A stretch of 62,336 bases of DNA, counting the filler, from Basidiobolus ranarum (taxonomy: Eukaryota): assembly GCA_040143965.1 (NCBI GenBank). It is 10 parts of 10 records of this genome, joined end to end, with 100 filler letters (N's around TTAATTAATTAA, not from the genome) between each part and the next. Parts side by side here need not be neighbours in the genome. Positions count along the whole stretch, not along the records: positions 43,739 to 49,875 come from JASJQH010008276.1; positions 49,976 to 56,107 come from JASJQH010008277.1; positions 56,208 to 62,336 come from JASJQH010008278.1; 7 more parts are not named here. The stretch is one strand, 5' to 3'. This document shows, one piece after another, positions 47,133-61,617 of this stretch (within the stretch, counting starts at the first letter, position 1; every line of letters starts with the position of its first letter). Under the pieces are notes generated by a model, which did no database searches, had not been told where the DNA came from, and was given only the letters and a program-made list of their open reading frames with translations. A program made the position numbers and the translations under genes.

Positions 47133-49875
47133 CTACTTGCGAATTAAGTTACCACTTTCATCTTGATCTGACTCGGAAGAAGATTCTTCGCTGGCTTCCT
47201 CACTAGCCTCCTCACTTTCATCATCGTCGTCTTCAGATTCTTCGCTGTCCTCCTCGCTCTCATCGTCGTCTTCCTCCTCCTCTTCCTCTTCCTCAGTATC
47301 TCCTAAAAAAATGGTATAAATTACTCATCCATGTAGCATATTTCAATATCAGCAGGCATCTCACCATCTCCTGATTCCTCTTCGGAGTCATAAAAGGCAT
47401 CCAGACCATAATCCTCACTACGGTTTGCTGGAGTGTTGCGAGAGGGGTTAACGAAGTTCGTGGCCTTAGCTGAGATATCATCCTATACAATAATCAACTG
47501 TCAATAGACTTGAATTTAAGATATCCCAACATCTAATGGTACCTGTGTATCACGAAGAGAAGGATCAGGCTGAACAGATGGCCAGTCTGGTAACGATTCG
47601 TATCCAAATACAGATGAATTCAGGACCATGGACATGGAGCCAATGGCATACTTATCACGACCTAAAGAATACAGTTAAAATCGAGGATCGACATAGTGTT
47701 AAGTTCATAAATATCAAACATACCGGCTAAAGGATTTTCTGTCACAGGAGCAGGCTTTTCACACAACAAAATCTCTTCAGCATGCTTTCTCAATGAGTCG
47801 TCCTGCTCGGTATTTTCCCCACCAGCATTGCTCATTAAAGCCTTGAGGAAACGAGCACGATCACGGACATCGTAGTTCATATCGTAACGAGCAAGTGTAA
47901 ACACATACTTATATAACAAATTCATCTTCGGGGTAGTAGGTAGAGCACACATAAGCTTGGCTGCAAGAGTAATAATTTGCAACTTAACAAATTCACTCTG
48001 AAATTCGGAGAGAAACACATAAATTAACGGGATCAATATTAGTCAGGAACATAATGGGATAAATACCTCTTCAACAAATGTTTTCGCTCCTTTTCTCAAC
48101 GTATCTGGGGCAACCTTCTCCAAATTATGACAATACTGACCAACCAGCCAAAAGATACTAGCACGGGCCTCAGGTACTTTGATATTATCCAATGATTTAA
48201 CCAGTCGAATAATCATACTAGCATTATCATTCGGACGACTTTGCAACAAGCGACGAGTAACAACAACTGACTCGGCAACCACAGCATCACTTCGATACGA
48301 AATCAAATTCATCAATCCACGGATACAGTTGTCCGCAATCTCTGGTATGGTTGTAGCACATCGACCGATGGCTTGAATGGCCGCTTTCACAAACTCTTTA
48401 TTTGATGACTTGACGTAATCTTGTAGCTCTCTCAGTAAAGTGGAAACGTTACTTTCATTTGCTAACGAGGTTAAAATTCGCAACTTCAAATTACGAACAA
48501 ACGCAGGATCGGTAGAGCGTACAAAAAACTGCTGTAGATAAGGCTCGAAGATTTCCTATATGAACCGAGATTGAAAGTCCATTTAGATGGTTGTTGTTAT
48601 ATTTGATAGTAAGGGGTTTGATACATACAGGTTTCTCGTGAGCCATCGTCGCGATGTTGGTTAAGACGACATATTGAATTTCGGGATGTGTTCTCAGAAG
48701 ACGAACAAGCGGTTTGCCAACTTTGAAGACCTCCATAGCTGGTGCTGCATGATAATAAAGAGAGCAAACAGCCATAACTACCTGCAATCGTATTTGGTAA
48801 GTTGAGTGACTCGCTTGATACAATGCCATTTGTACTTACTCCACTGTTACGGCTTTGCATTAAAGGAGCAGAAGACTTTAAAAGGAACTCAAGATCATAG
48901 TCTACTACATCCTCATGATCCTCTGAATCGGCAGAATCATCGTCTTCGGAGTAAAATGAGGAGTCTTTCTTGGTCTTTGGCTTGCTTACTTTAATCTAAT
49001 GAAAATAAAATAAATATCATTTTGTTTAGGAGCTGTTCAGAAGCGAATGGTGCATATTCTTAAATGTAAACGTACGTAGCGGTTGGGATCCAGGAAATGA
49101 GCTCTATAACATACAGCGTGTTAATGAATATGTATATGCTGAAGGCGGATTCTATATGACTTTGTTTACCTAGCATAACGAAGAAGAAGGCGAAGGATGG
49201 CAATTTGGCCCCATTCATCGGTATCAATCAACATGTAACATAACTTTCTGTAATTCTTATGAATGAGATCGAATCTATCGGGGCATAGCTCATTAAAAGC
49301 CATGATGACACTGCCGATGGTGAAAGCCGATTTGTCTTTTAATAACACCTCTAGAATTTCAATCAAGTTTTCTTTTTGAGAAGGATCCAAACTATATGTA
49401 CAAACAATGAACATTAGACAGTGAAACAAAGCAATTCAGAAAAAACAAAGTACCTATAACACTTGGGGATAGCGTGAGCAGCAGTTTTTCTAACATAAGC
49501 TGAAAGGTCAGTAACACACTTCTTGATAGCCAACATGACAATTGGACTGATGACTGGTACACGAATACCAGACATAACACGAAGCGCCATTGCTCGAATG
49601 ACTTGGTTCTGATCACTGAGATCTTTTTGGAAAGTGTTTACAGAAAGTAAGGCTAGGTCAGGTTCTTGTTCGGCATATCTAAGAAGATAAATATAAACCA
49701 GTTTTCGGATTTCTAGGTTACTAGAGGCGACATTTTTCACGACATCTGGAAAAAACTCCGAAACGTCACGGCCTTTTGAAATCATCTTAAAAATTAACGA
49801 AACATCAGAGAGATTCTTGAAGCATTGAAGGATAGTAACTAAGTCAGATAAATATATACCGCAATAAGTCTTTTC
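47133..49875 (-). CDS. APL6: AP-3 complex beta subunit, multi-exon, 5' truncated
   Basis: [62 protein letters not shown], acidic C-terminal tract. Confidence 0.92.
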
Positions 49876-49975
49876 NNNNNNNNNNNNNNNNNNNNNNNNN
49901 NNNNNNNNNNNNNNNNNNNTTAATTAATTAANNNNNNNNNNNNNNNNNNNNNNNNNNNNNNNNNNNNNNNNNNNN
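49876..49975. other. Artificial contig linker
   Basis: N run with central TTAATTAATTAA. Confidence 0.99.
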
Positions 49976-50472
49976 TATTATGTACTACTCCACCTCCATA
50001 TTTACTTCTAGCTATGGTAACAAAACTGCTCTGTATCTTACCGTTTGAGTTGGGGCTATCAATTTACTTGCTACCGTTGTCATCATTCTCTTAATTGATC
50101 GGGTGAGAAGAAAGTTCCTTGTACTCCTTAACCTTGCTGGAATGGCTTAGTTTGTTGGTATTGAATGTAATGATTCTGGTCTTGCAATTCTCGGTTTATT
50201 CGCATTTGTTGTCTTGTTTACCTTGGGTATGGAACAATTCCTTTTTTGATTATCTCCGAACTTATTCTTACTAGAGCTGTCTCAACTGGCTAGGTAATTT
50301 TGTTGTGGGATTTTTCTTTCCTTCGTTGAAGAATACAATGCATGGCTATGTATTTTTAATTGTGTGTTGTTGTATCGTCGGGTTCTTTGAGGTTCTCTTC
50401 TTTTTACCAGAGACAAAGGGTCGTAGTATTGAGGAAATTACTGGTCATCATGACGATATGAATGAACATTAA
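49976..50472 (+). pseudogene. MFS sugar-porter C-terminal remnant
   Basis: LIDRVRRKFL, IPFLIISEL, FFLPETKGRSIEEI; internal stops and frameshifts. Confidence 0.75.
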
Positions 50473-52128
50473 TATTACATATCTATAGCGACAAATAAGG
50501 TTCGTTTTGTAATATATCATATATAATTTTCATTCTTATCTAATAGAAAAAGCGAAACCCTGATAAACGCCAATATATACTACATGGTTTCAGGGTTAGC
50601 CTACATAACTTGGGCCAAAGTTAATAGCAAAGTGATTGAGCAGTATCTGGGAAAAATTGATTAATCGTATCGCAAATGGATACCCGGTACATAAATCCTA
50701 ATTCAGTAGCAAACAGTAGACCTATTTTTGCATACATGCAGGAAGTGGGCGAATCGATGAGTAATTTAAACATTACAGTGAATATTGCCTCATAGTGACA
50801 TAATGTCTGTGCCTCAGCAGGATACTTTCAATGTCACAAGATATTACATGCAACTATGGAACTTGTGGTTGTAGTGTGACTGTACAGTATGAGGCAGCCG
50901 AGATTCACAAGGGAGTATGATATGCAAATATATTTGCCAAGGTAACAAGTTACCATAACATGAAAATTCTGTCGTTCAGACCATTGTATATGTTCGAAAT
51001 CTGTCACTACGCTCTAGGCTTAAAAGCTCACTCCATACTTATACCCAATTTTCTGGTATCTTGGCGACCTACACTTTGGTAAATTGATCAACTTGACCAA
51101 AGAAGGTAGCCACCCGGTCATTCGTTGTTTCTCTTAGAAGGAACAAAGCTATAAAGTACACCTAATACAATGGAGGAAATCAGTTGAAAATAAATTCCAT
51201 ATTTAGCTATCTGGAATAGATCGATGAGTCTATTTTAAAGTTTGCGAGAAGAAGCACGTGAAAGTGTAGTAGAAAGACTGACTAATACAGAATACAGGGA
51301 GCTAGCTACACCAGTCCATACTATGTGACATGTATGTAGACGGATTACAAATGATTACCTCTATTCTACAGTTGCAGCTGCCATGGAGATTTGATCTTCT
51401 GGCAGGATAATCCTTAGTACAGTGGATAGACTATTGATCAGATGAAATCTAATACACTATAAAGATATCATGGAGAGATAGTTAAAGTATTGATCAAAGG
51501 CAGTTGAAACTTTGTCTTGAGTAATAAAGATACCCGCTCGCACTCTTCCACACGTAATTTATAAATGCACACTCAAACTCACACATCATCTTTGCCTTAC
51601 TTGTTAGTTTCTTGCACAGAAAATAGGCACACAATGTGCGATTTTTAGAGAGTATACTCAGACAGATATTTCCAACCAATGTGCAACTGTGCATTGGAAT
51701 TGACATACACTAAGGCCTCGCTTACCTGAGCCGCATATTCTAAAGTACGGATGCAATGGTGTATCTTACCGTATTAGAGATCAAGCTCGGGCGGCGTTGC
51801 ATGGAAGCATTTTCACACTGAGTGTATGAAGACTTTATGCAATAGAAACTAGTTTCATGCCTAAAAACCACAGAATTATCTATAAGCAGTTTCAACTCGG
51901 AAGTGGTAGTGAGGCTACAGGTCGTTTGAGGATGTACGGATCCTAATGAAAGCCATTTCTGTAGGTTGCATGAGCAAGTTCACAAGAGGGATCGACTATG
52001 ACTCCGCTACCTATCATCTGAAACGCTTTCGCTCAGATAACCAGATGATCCGGGGCACTGTGTGGTAGGCCTTTCTGCTTAATATCTTTCCTTTCTCTTC
52101 GTGGCCCTGAAAACAAGTCAGCTACAAT

Positions 52129-55100
52129 ATGAGAAGTCAAACATGTGCTCTGATTTCTACTAAATATACTGTTCAAACTGCCATTCTATGTTTACTATTG
52201 TATTCCTGTGTTTTCAATCTTGTCTCTGAACCACTACTTTCCCACAATGATATTACTATCGTTTACAATGATAATCAATTTACACCCGTTGATCAACTTG
52301 AAGGCTGCCACAAAAGTGAATATATTCGACATTTATACTTGAAACCGATCTTAATTTCCTCCTCCAAGTATTCTCTTCCAGATGCTGTGGTCCCTTCTAT
52401 TGCTGAACTGAATGAATATCTCTCGAAATTTTTGACTGTTACCGATGCTACTGGATCTTATTCTTATGAAAATAGGCTATGCCTCAAGCTTACTCGTTCG
52501 ACATGTGTTTTCTCCAAAATCGATATACTGTATTCGAGCCCTCCTACCTTTGTTCTCTCTTACTTTTTTGAGAGCACAAATGAAAAAGAAGAGAATCTTA
52601 TTGCACTATGGGAGCATAGAGCTACGATTACTCATTTTCCGAGTATCGTTTCGCAAGGGCCTGCCTCCTACTGTACAACCACCGGTAGGTTGCTACATCA
52701 CGGCGTTTCAAACATTGAAAAGCTGATAGATCGAGTAAAGAGTCTCAAGGTCTCACTTACTTTAATGGCACATGTATTAGTACAAGGAACAGTCGTTCTT
52801 CTTTTAACTACCAAGCGTGATCCCAAACCAAGATTTTCAATCTTTGTAGTCACCATGATATCCTTTGTATCCACTTTCACACTTGCCCTTGCTGTTGTTA
52901 GTGCCTTAAACCTTCCTATCAACCTTATTATACTGTGTAAGGCAACTCCAATCTTAATTTTTACCCTTGGATTCGAGAAATTTTATATCGTAATGAATAC
53001 ATTCGTATTTGCTAGATCATTTGGAAGCTTTGAAGTAGCTACCAACTGTGACACTAGAGGTTTCACTTCTTTCTCTGTTCAAGGCATCGTGCAGTCGGTC
53101 TATCATGGTGTACGGAGCAACATTCTTAACAGCTGCATGTTAGAGATTATGCTGTTGGTTTGTGGTGCGCTTTCCTACATACACGGTCGGAGGGATTTAT
53201 GTGCCTTAATTGCCTTCATCATTGTTTTCGACTGTAGTTTTCTCATCAATTTCTACTCTATCACCGCTATCCCTAATATCGTCTTGCTCCATAGCAATGG
53301 AGAAGGTGGTGAAAAAGTGTCTAACGGTGTTTGGCCTTCGAAACATGAAACTTGGGGGAGATATGTACATGTAAATTCCCCTATAGGTTGGATTAAGATA
53401 TTGGTGGTCTTTGGGCTTTTGGCAACTCATGTTTACAGTCTCAGCAATCCTCTGATTGATTCCTGTAATCAAAGCCCTAGTAGCACGTCGCTAGACCTTA
53501 ATGATCCATCAATCAAGTCTGGCCTCGAATTTCTTATTTCTAACTATAGGTCGCTTCAACTGAATTTCCCTTTTACTGTCAACATTTCAAAGCCGTTGGT
53601 ATTCCGTCATGTTGACTCTGAGTTCAGTATTAGAAAATTGATGGATCATTTTTACGTTATTATTGACATTTGTAAGAGTACCATCGGCTATATTTTGATA
53701 TGCGCCTGTCTGGTGGTCTCATTGATCTTCAACATTAACCTTTATAATCTCTCTAAAACTAAGCCTTGCGAGCCTGAAATATACACTGATGTTTCTAATT
53801 CCACAAAGATCGCTCTTCTAGAAGCCCTTCAATTATCGCCATCTACAATAGCCGCCTCCTACAAACAGTCTGAAGCTCTGGCCAAGTCCTGCGAACAATC
53901 TCAAGTTCTGACCAGAGAAAAGGGGTCTGTAGATGATGCTGTCCGTCCAGTTGATCAGTGTATTGGTATACTTCACTCAGAAATGGGGCCAAATGAATTG
54001 ACCGATGCTGAAATATTGAATCTTATAAGTGGTGGGAAAATTGCGCCATACACACTGGAAAGAGTTTTACAAGATCACGTTCGCGCTGTAAAAATTCGCC
54101 GTGCTTTTATTTCCCGTTCGTCGACTAATAAGACACTTGAGAGCAGTATGCTGCCCGTGGACCACTATGATTACGCTCAAGTTATGGGGAAATGCTGTGA
54201 GAATGTCATCGGGTATACCCAGATTCCTGTAGGGATTGCTGGGCCATTGTCCATTGACGGAGACCTCTATCATATTCCTATGGCCACCACTGAGGGCTGC
54301 CTTGTTGCTTCTACTACTCGTGGATGCAAAGCAATCAATGCTAGTGGAGGCGCCATAACAATTTTAACTCATGATGGTATGGCCAGAGGGCCTGTTCTCA
54401 AATTTTCAAATATCTCCAGCGCTAACACTTGTAAGATATGGATCGAAGGGGAAGGGTTCACTTTTATAGCAAAAGCATTCAACTCCACCAGCCAGTATGC
54501 AAGATTAACGAAGCTTCGAGCTACATTGGCCGGCCGTTTAATGTTCTTAAGGTTCGTAACCACTAGCGGAGACGCAATGGGCATGAACATGATATCTAAA
54601 GGAGTGGAAAAAGCGCTCATTATTATGAAAGAACAGTTTCCTGAAATGCGACTAATATCGTTGAGTGGGAATTTTTGCACGGATAAAAAATCCGCTGCAA
54701 TTAACTGGATTGAAGGTAGAGGAAAATCAGTTGTAGCTGAGACAGTGATTTCTGGAAAAGTCGTTGAGAAGGTACTCAAAACATCGGTCAGCGACATAGT
54801 GAAACTGAGTATCTCCAAGAATCTGGTCGGTTCAGCAATGGCTGGCTCCATCGGGGGTTTCAATGCGCATGCTGCTAATATCCTTACGGCCATCTTCATT
54901 GCTACCGGGCAAGATCCCGCACAGAATGTGGAAAGTTCTAATTGTATTACACTGATGGAGGCGGTTCATGATGGTCGAGATCTGCTTGTAACCTGTACGA
55001 TGCCATCTGTCGAGGTAGGTACGATTGGAGGGGGGACTCAATTGGCACCGCAATCTGCTTGTCTTGATATTCTCGGGGTATCTGGACCACATTTATCTAG

Positions 55101-55254
55101 CCCTGGAGCTAATGCTCAACGTTTAGCCCGCATAATATGTGCTGCTGTCATGGCTGGTGAACTTTCATTATGTGCAGCTTTAGCCTCCGGAGACTTGGTG
55201 AAATCCCATATGAGTCATAACAGAGCTCAGTCATCACCAACCACGCCAGAGTAG
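52129..55254 (+). CDS. HMG1: Class I HMG-CoA reductase with N-terminal membrane/sterol-sensing region, intronless, 1041 aa
   Basis: [61 protein letters not shown]. Confidence 0.95.
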   Translation: MRSQTCALISTKYTVQTAILCLLLYSCVFNLVSEPLLSHNDITIVYNDNQFTPVDQLEGCHKSEYIRHLYLKPILISSSKYSLPDAVVPSIAELNEYLSKFLTVTDATGSYSYENRLCLKLTRSTCVFSKIDILYSSPPTFVLSYFFESTNEKEENLIALWEHRATITHFPSIVSQGPASYCTTTGRLLHHGVSNIEKLIDRVKSLKVSLTLMAHVLVQGTVVLLLTTKRDPKPRFSIFVVTMISFVSTFTLALAVVSALNLPINLIILCKATPILIFTLGFEKFYIVMNTFVFARSFGSFEVATNCDTRGFTSFSVQGIVQSVYHGVRSNILNSCMLEIMLLVCGALSYIHGRRDLCALIAFIIVFDCSFLINFYSITAIPNIVLLHSNGEGGEKVSNGVWPSKHETWGRYVHVNSPIGWIKILVVFGLLATHVYSLSNPLIDSCNQSPSSTSLDLNDPSIKSGLEFLISNYRSLQLNFPFTVNISKPLVFRHVDSEFSIRKLMDHFYVIIDICKSTIGYILICACLVVSLIFNINLYNLSKTKPCEPEIYTDVSNSTKIALLEALQLSPSTIAASYKQSEALAKSCEQSQVLTREKGSVDDAVRPVDQCIGILHSEMGPNELTDAEILNLISGGKIAPYTLERVLQDHVRAVKIRRAFISRSSTNKTLESSMLPVDHYDYAQVMGKCCENVIGYTQIPVGIAGPLSIDGDLYHIPMATTEGCLVASTTRGCKAINASGGAITILTHDGMARGPVLKFSNISSANTCKIWIEGEGFTFIAKAFNSTSQYARLTKLRATLAGRLMFLRFVTTSGDAMGMNMISKGVEKALIIMKEQFPEMRLISLSGNFCTDKKSAAINWIEGRGKSVVAETVISGKVVEKVLKTSVSDIVKLSISKNLVGSAMAGSIGGFNAHAANILTAIFIATGQDPAQNVESSNCITLMEAVHDGRDLLVTCTMPSVEVGTIGGGTQLAPQSACLDILGVSGPHLSSPGANAQRLARIICAAVMAGELSLCAALASGDLVKSHMSHNRAQSSPTTPE

Positions 55255-55765
55255 TGTACGTGGTGTGGTGACAATCTGAGTAAGAATATCTTTAACTTAC
55301 ACTTCCTCAAGGGCTGAAAAAGCCCCACTAAGATGTAACCTTTGTTTATACACAAATAAAGTGGTCAAGAATCATTAAGAATAAGAAATATTTCGAACTC
55401 ATGATGATATTCATCTGCTCAAAGCTAGGTATTTAGCCCTGAAAGTATTCAGGGGGAAAGGTGAAAAGCACCGGAAGGTGTACTATTTGGTTAATAAGTA
55501 AAATAGCAAACAGAAAGCAAACAACTCAATTGCAAATAAAAAAACCTATAGCATAAGTCAAAACCTACACAAAGTATAGTAGGGCCTTCTGCATACGTGT
55601 ACACATAGGGTTATAACCACTGTTGAAAATTGTGTTTGGTGATTTGAACGTTTCCGACAATTTTACTCTGACAAGGTTGAAACATATCTGAAACATATAG
55701 GACTTGATGCTCAAGTACCATTTGCTATAACATAACATGCTAGTTTTGGAGACTTAGGGTATAGA

Positions 55766-56107
55766 TGTTCTGGTAAGGGTAAGGGAGGGTAAGGATGAAA
55801 AGAGGGGGTCAGTGTCACAATAAGGAACTGGACAAGGACTGGGAACAATGACAAGAGGCTAGAAGGCAGGAGAGTACTTGGGTGTAGACCACAAGACAAG
55901 ACAAGACAAGACTGGACAAGGAAGATACTTTGGCAAGAATCTTTATTGATAACTGGCGTTGATCAGACTGAGGTCTGATCAAGAAATACATGGTGCTTAT
56001 ATAGATATTGCAAGGTGAAACATAATAAACTGAATAGGGAATATACTGTGGCAAGTTCGAGAGTTGGGGTGTTAGGGACTACAAGGACCAATACAAAGAG
56101 GGATGAT
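55766..56107 (-). mobile_element. LTR-like sequence at contig end
   Basis: Minus strand has a TATATAA box near 56000, AATAAA near 55945 and (CTTGT)n tracts, and ends ...AGAACA at 55766; CpG-poor. Confidence 0.45.
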
Positions 56108-56207
56108 NNNNNNNNNNNNNNNNNNNNNNNNNNNNNNNNNNNNNNNNNNNNTTAATTAATTAANNNNNNNNNNNNNNNNNNNNNNNNNNNNNNNNNNNNN
56201 NNNNNNN
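56108..56207. other. Artificial contig linker
   Basis: N run with central TTAATTAATTAA. Confidence 0.99.
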
Positions 56208-57051
56208 GAATGTCAAACAAGCTATTGCCCTAAAATGCGCGGCAAGTGGCATATCTGTTTACTCTCCTCACTCCGCTTTGGATTGTTGTGAAGACGGAGG
56301 TAATACTTGTCAATAGACTTTTCTGGACGAAACCTTTGTTAACTAAATGAATTTCGCAGTTAATGATTGGATGAGTCGTGCTCTCGGAGAAGGATCCTGC
56401 AAACCTATCACTCCACTCAAAGACATTCCAGAGGGTATGCCACTAATTTAATGTTAGCTATCAACCGTGTTCTAATTAGTTCTGTTAATTTTAGATCAAC
56501 CCGAAGCTGGTATCGGTCGTCTCTTCACCTTAGACCAACCTACATCCTTGAACACCCTTGTAGAGCGTATCAAAAAGCACCTTAATATTGAACACGTTCG
56601 TGTGGCTACCTCAATGAAGCATGGAAAACAAGAGGGCCAATATCCCAAGAATATTAAGACCATTGGTATCTGTGCAGGCTCCGGTATGTATTCACATAAG
56701 TAGATTTTAATGCGAGTTGTCATTTAATCAAATTTTTATATCAGGTTCTTCCGTTCTACTCCCAGCTAAAGCAGATTTGTATTTTACTGGTGAAATGTCA
56801 CATCATGAAGTTTTAGCTTGTGTTGAAGACAACACCAGTGTGGTTCTATGTAAGTGCTAAACGATTGCTAATATAAGATATCGATCCAGTTGTAACCCAG
56901 CTAATTCTACTTAGGTGAACACACTAACACTGAGCGTGGCTATCTAAGCAATGTGCTTAAACCCAGATTAGAAAAGCTCTTTTCTGAAGAAGAGAATCAA
57001 ATAGAAATTGTAGTTAGTCAGGTTGATCGGGATCCTTTACAGGTCATGTGA
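56208..57051 (+). CDS. NIF3: NIF3-like protein, multi-exon, 5' truncated
   Basis: ISVYSPHSALD, GIGRL, IGICAGSG, YFTGEMSHHEVL, EHTNTERGYL, SQVDRDPL. Confidence 0.92.
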
Positions 57052-58011
57052 ACTTCTCTATGTATTGGTTAACTGTAAAGCCATCATGCATAAATACTGC
57101 ATCTGCTATGCCAAACTTCTGTCTTTCTGAATTATTTTGCCCTGAATTAAATATCGAGTTGGTAACTATCAGCAATTGAGATTCACCCTAAAGTCCCGTT
57201 TGATCAAAATCATGGCGAACATTAGATATTTATTTGCTATGAATTATACTCTACAAGGCGAGGTTTATTGACTTCTGATAAAATGATGGAAAAGAAGGAC
57301 AGGTGGTTGGATATCCTTTATCTCCCTAGCCTTCAATCATACGACGAGAGAGCCATTATAGCAAGTGTTGATATATGGTCTTTGTAGCAAAATCTTAAAT
57401 TTGGAGTTACAAAGATCATTAACGCCCATCCACTCTAAGCTTAATCGGTGTTGATTCGCGGTTTAGCAATCACTGTTATTTCATCAGGCGGTCGAGGCCG
57501 AGAAATGCTCAAGTCCACACACGGTGAAGCCAATACAGCATTCATATATCCGTAATTAGATGCTCTTTTGATATCACTTTTGTTATAGTAGTGCTGTGCA
57601 CTGCATCAGCTGGATCTCACTCACTTTTCGTGAAGAGGTAGTCCCATGTTAGGCATAATTAAATAGGAAATGTGCGTTCAGCTCTGGAGCATCATCAACT
57701 TGTAGCATAGCAAGATTAGTGACTTCAAATGGAAGAATATAATTCAATTACTCCCGATAAGTTTCATGCCACTTAGATGGTCTGAGTTGACGGAAAACCA
57801 GCAGATTTCCCTATTCGTCACTAGTTCCGATATACAATATTCTCCAATCACACCTTGAATCTTCCTTGTTAAATATTGAAATTTAACCAAGTTGATAATT
57901 CAATTATGAGAGCTTGATCTCTCGAATTTGTTCTACTAAACACATAAATTTCAACAATACTGCGTTTCCCTTGGATATCTTCATTCTAAACGTGAACACC
58001 TCGTTGAAAGA

Positions 58012-60007
58012 ATGGATCGTTACGATTTTCTATTCCTGGTGCTCGTACTACTTCATTTGTATTTAGCTCCATTCACTAAAGTCGAAGAGAGTTTTAATCT
58101 GCAAGCGACTCACGACTTATTATCGCATGGTATCTTTGCTTTGGAGAAAGTACGTGTATTTGGAATGTCTTATAACTATAGTTAACTCAGCTAAACATTT
58201 CAATAGTTTGATCATTTTGAATTTCCAGGAGTCGTACCGAGGTCTTTTTTGGGTCCGATATTCCTTGCAACTTTAACTTACCCATTCAAATTGATCCTCC
58301 AACTTTGCCATGGCGATGAACAGATACCAAAGATATGGCTGCAGTATATAGGTTAGCTCGTGGCGATATTGTCTCTTCGTTTCTATATATAATATTGATA
58401 CCGAGGATTTACCTTGAGCTTAGTCCGAGCTTGTCTAGGAACACTGAACGTAATAGCTTTATCCAAATTACGTCATTCTGTGAAAAGAAGATTTGGTAGA
58501 GAAGTTAGCATTGCATTATTCCTATTTAATATTGTGCAATTCCATGGAGTATTTTGGATTTCTCGTACTTTACCGAACATGTTCGCATATTATTTTGGTA
58601 AAGGCATCACTAATAGTTGATATTCAGTATGTAACTAATCTATGATTACTACTAGTTCTTATTGCCTACTCCTACTGGTTAAGAGATGACCACTCAAGTC
58701 AAATGAAGATGATCAAATGGTTCACTACTGGATTGGTGATTTTTAGATTCGAATTGGTTTTGTTACTAGGGCCAATCTTGCTTTTAGAGCTGTATAGAGG
58801 TAGAATCGGCTTCTGGGAAACTTTACGACAGGGAGTCATTAGCGGCTTGGTGGGATTAGGCAAGTGTAGATTTTGTGTACTTTACTGATAATGACACGTT
58901 GACTAATCAAATATTGTGAATAGTCGCTTCTTTAATAGTTGATAGTTATTTTTGGAATCAAATAGGAATGTATCCTGAAGGCTACGTATTCTGGTTTAAT
59001 GCTATCTTAGGAAAAAGTACTGATTGGGGGGTATGTACCTATTGTTATTGACTGGCTTCTCTGTTTACTAAATATCTTTTAAGGTGTCGCCATTTCACAC
59101 TTATTTCACCAATTTTTTGCCGAAATTATTACTGTCAGCTGCCCCTCTAGCTTTGTATGGAAGCCTGGTTGATAGACGTACACTACATTATCTACTTCCA
59201 ATTGTTACGTTTATCTTTGGCTTCTCATTCCTTGGGCACAAAGAATGGCGATTCATAGTCTATTCTGTACCTATATTCAACTTTGCTGCAGCAGTTGGTT
59301 TAGTAAGACTGTAAGGATGTCATATGAAAGCACAACTCATTCAATTTTGCTAAACTGCATCATACGTAATTTAGTTATCGAGCTGCTACGAAGTCTAAAA
59401 TCTCTAAACTTCTCTTCAGCATTGTGGCGCTTTCACTGTTAATGAGCTTCTTGATTTCCACATCAATGCTTCTGGTGTCTAGCCAAAATTATCCCGGAGG
59501 AGTGGGACTGCTTAGAGTCCACGAAATTGAATCCTCCCAAAACAATGGTAAGTACAAAGCTATTGGTTGGACTGAGTCCAAATCATTCAATTAACTCTTT
59601 TGTTAGTTTATTTACATATCGACACTTATTCCGCAACTACTGGCGCGTCACGCTTTGGCGAGTTAAATGAAAATTGGAGGTGAGTGATGGATACTTTGTG
59701 GTGACTGATGTTCGTTTTTCCCTAATTTTCCAATATTTCAAGATATTCGAAAAATGAATCCCACCATCTTCCACAGGATTACGCGAGATATACTCATCTT
59801 CTTACGGAAGCCCCAGCGTTTCATGCAATGGAGTTTGAAATACTCGAGCCAGTGAACGCTTTCGATAAGATAGAAATTACCCCTTTGAAGAAGGCTATCA
59901 AGAAATTCCAAACAATTACCAATCTTTCTGGAATTCAAGAAATCATCCCATTTCAAGTGAAATTTGCACCTAAAGTGTGGATCATGAAAAAAAAAGTCCA
60001 AACATAA
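58012..60007 (+). CDS. ALG12: Dol-P-Man alpha-1,6-mannosyltransferase, multi-exon
   Basis: [56 protein letters not shown]. Confidence 0.93.
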
Positions 60008-60095
60008 TTTTGATAAAATTCGACTCTTGCTTAACAGCAACTAGTGTTCAAGAAAATGCACGCTCTTTATTATACTCAATATTGTATCATTGCAA

Positions 60096-61617
60096 TTATA
60101 GCTTCTTTTCGTATTCCTCGAAAGCAAACTCAACCGCTTCGAGTAAATTCTCGGAAATGGTGTTTGGTACGATGCCATTTAAGCTATCTGACTCTGATTG
60201 ATATATTCCAGTTTTAACTAGAATGGAGTGCCATCCAGCACGATTAGCTCCATCAATATCTAAATTAGTAGTATTTCAGTTAGTGAATTGGTTTATAGAA
60301 TGGGTGTTTGGATTCATTATGTGTCTCACCAGAAGCGGGATTATCACCAACACCGTAGACCTTGTTGACAATCGAGTGTTCGCCACCAATACGAGCTGAA
60401 TGCTTTTCGAGCATTTCTTTGCAATAATCATAGGTAGGCACTTCAGGTTTACCATAGTTGTAAACCTTAAAATGGCTTTCAAGTATGTTCTCTCCAGCCT
60501 TGGGTGAAGGCAACTCTACACCGGCAGCTTTGGCGGCATGATATCCATGGTCGTTCCACCAACGTCTATATAATGATTCTAAACATACGCCCAGGGCGCC
60601 ACCAGCAAATCTTGGAGAGGGATAAATACTGCTGTATGTAAAGTCTCCATTTGTAAAGAAAAGCGAGAGATCTTTGGCCGGGCGTAAGGAAATATCGGAG
60701 GAGCTGTGAGGAGGAGCCTTTTGACCAATACGAGAGTACGTATGAGTAGTCAAGAGATCAAACATGATTTGCAAATCCATACCCCTAGGTGTTGAGAAGT
60801 ATGAAATTTTTCTATTAGAGAATGCCGAAAATAGCAATACTAATCGTGAAGTGAATTACCAGTCCCAACTGTCGTGGAATGCCATAATAGCACTAATTCG
60901 ATCGTCATGCCCAACGGCCTTGATTTTTGTCTGCAAGTGAATATGTTGAGTTGATATTTTACCAATAAATGTCGAATAAAAGATGGTGAAACAATTACTT
61001 GATCAATATCCCTAGGGTAGTGGAAGGGCTTGACATGTCGGTTCAATGCGTATACCTCTTCGGTAAGGAGAACCTTCTTAAAGCCGTAGCTATAAACATG
61101 CGAAAACGATATTAGGATTTGACAAAAGTAGAGCATTTGTCTATTAACCTACGAATGAGCAACGTTCTTGCAAGCCTCTCTTCCGACCACCAATACCGGC
61201 TCATCTTCATATTTCTTAGACCAGGCTTGAAGGGGGCTATGCGAGAGGATGATTTGCTCTTTAGTCACCTCGTAACCTATTTTAGATGCTAAGTCGGCTG
61301 CTTTGGCCTCCTCTGTTAGGCCACCACCATTGGTTAAGAACACGTAAGGGATCTTTCTATAAGATTATCAATTAGCGTTATTAAATCACAGTAAACTGAA
61401 AACAGGCAAATTGAGCATACTTTTTCCACTTGTTCTCGCCATTTAACTTTCTCAAAGCCTCAACAGCCTCAGGAATGACACTATCACCTTTAACGATTAC
61501 ACCATCTACGTCCAAAGCAAACCCAAAATCCGGAGACTGACTAGTGGATAAGCTACGAGCATAAGTGGAACTAATACGGTTTAATACAGAAAAACGTCTG
61601 GCTATGAATATGCTCAT
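60096..61617 (-). CDS. HAD-superfamily IIA hydrolase (HDHD5/CECR5, YKR070W-like), multi-exon
   Basis: FALDVDGV, FLTNGGG, QIILSHSP, YGKPEVPTY, VGDNPAS|DIDGANRAGWHSILVKTG; mitochondrial-type N-terminus. Confidence 0.9.

Noticed and set aside
54369-54899. 176-aa minus-strand ORF and similar ORFs inside pirin, CYR1 and APL6
   Set aside because: Antisense to well-supported genes, with no independent motifs.
31258-55254. Biosynthetic gene cluster linking the NRPS-like enzyme with HMG-CoA reductase as a self-resistance gene
   Set aside because: They lie on different, artificially joined contigs.
6158-56207. Regularly spaced TTAATTAATTAA as a CRISPR-like or biological repeat
   Set aside because: Assembly linker embedded in N runs.
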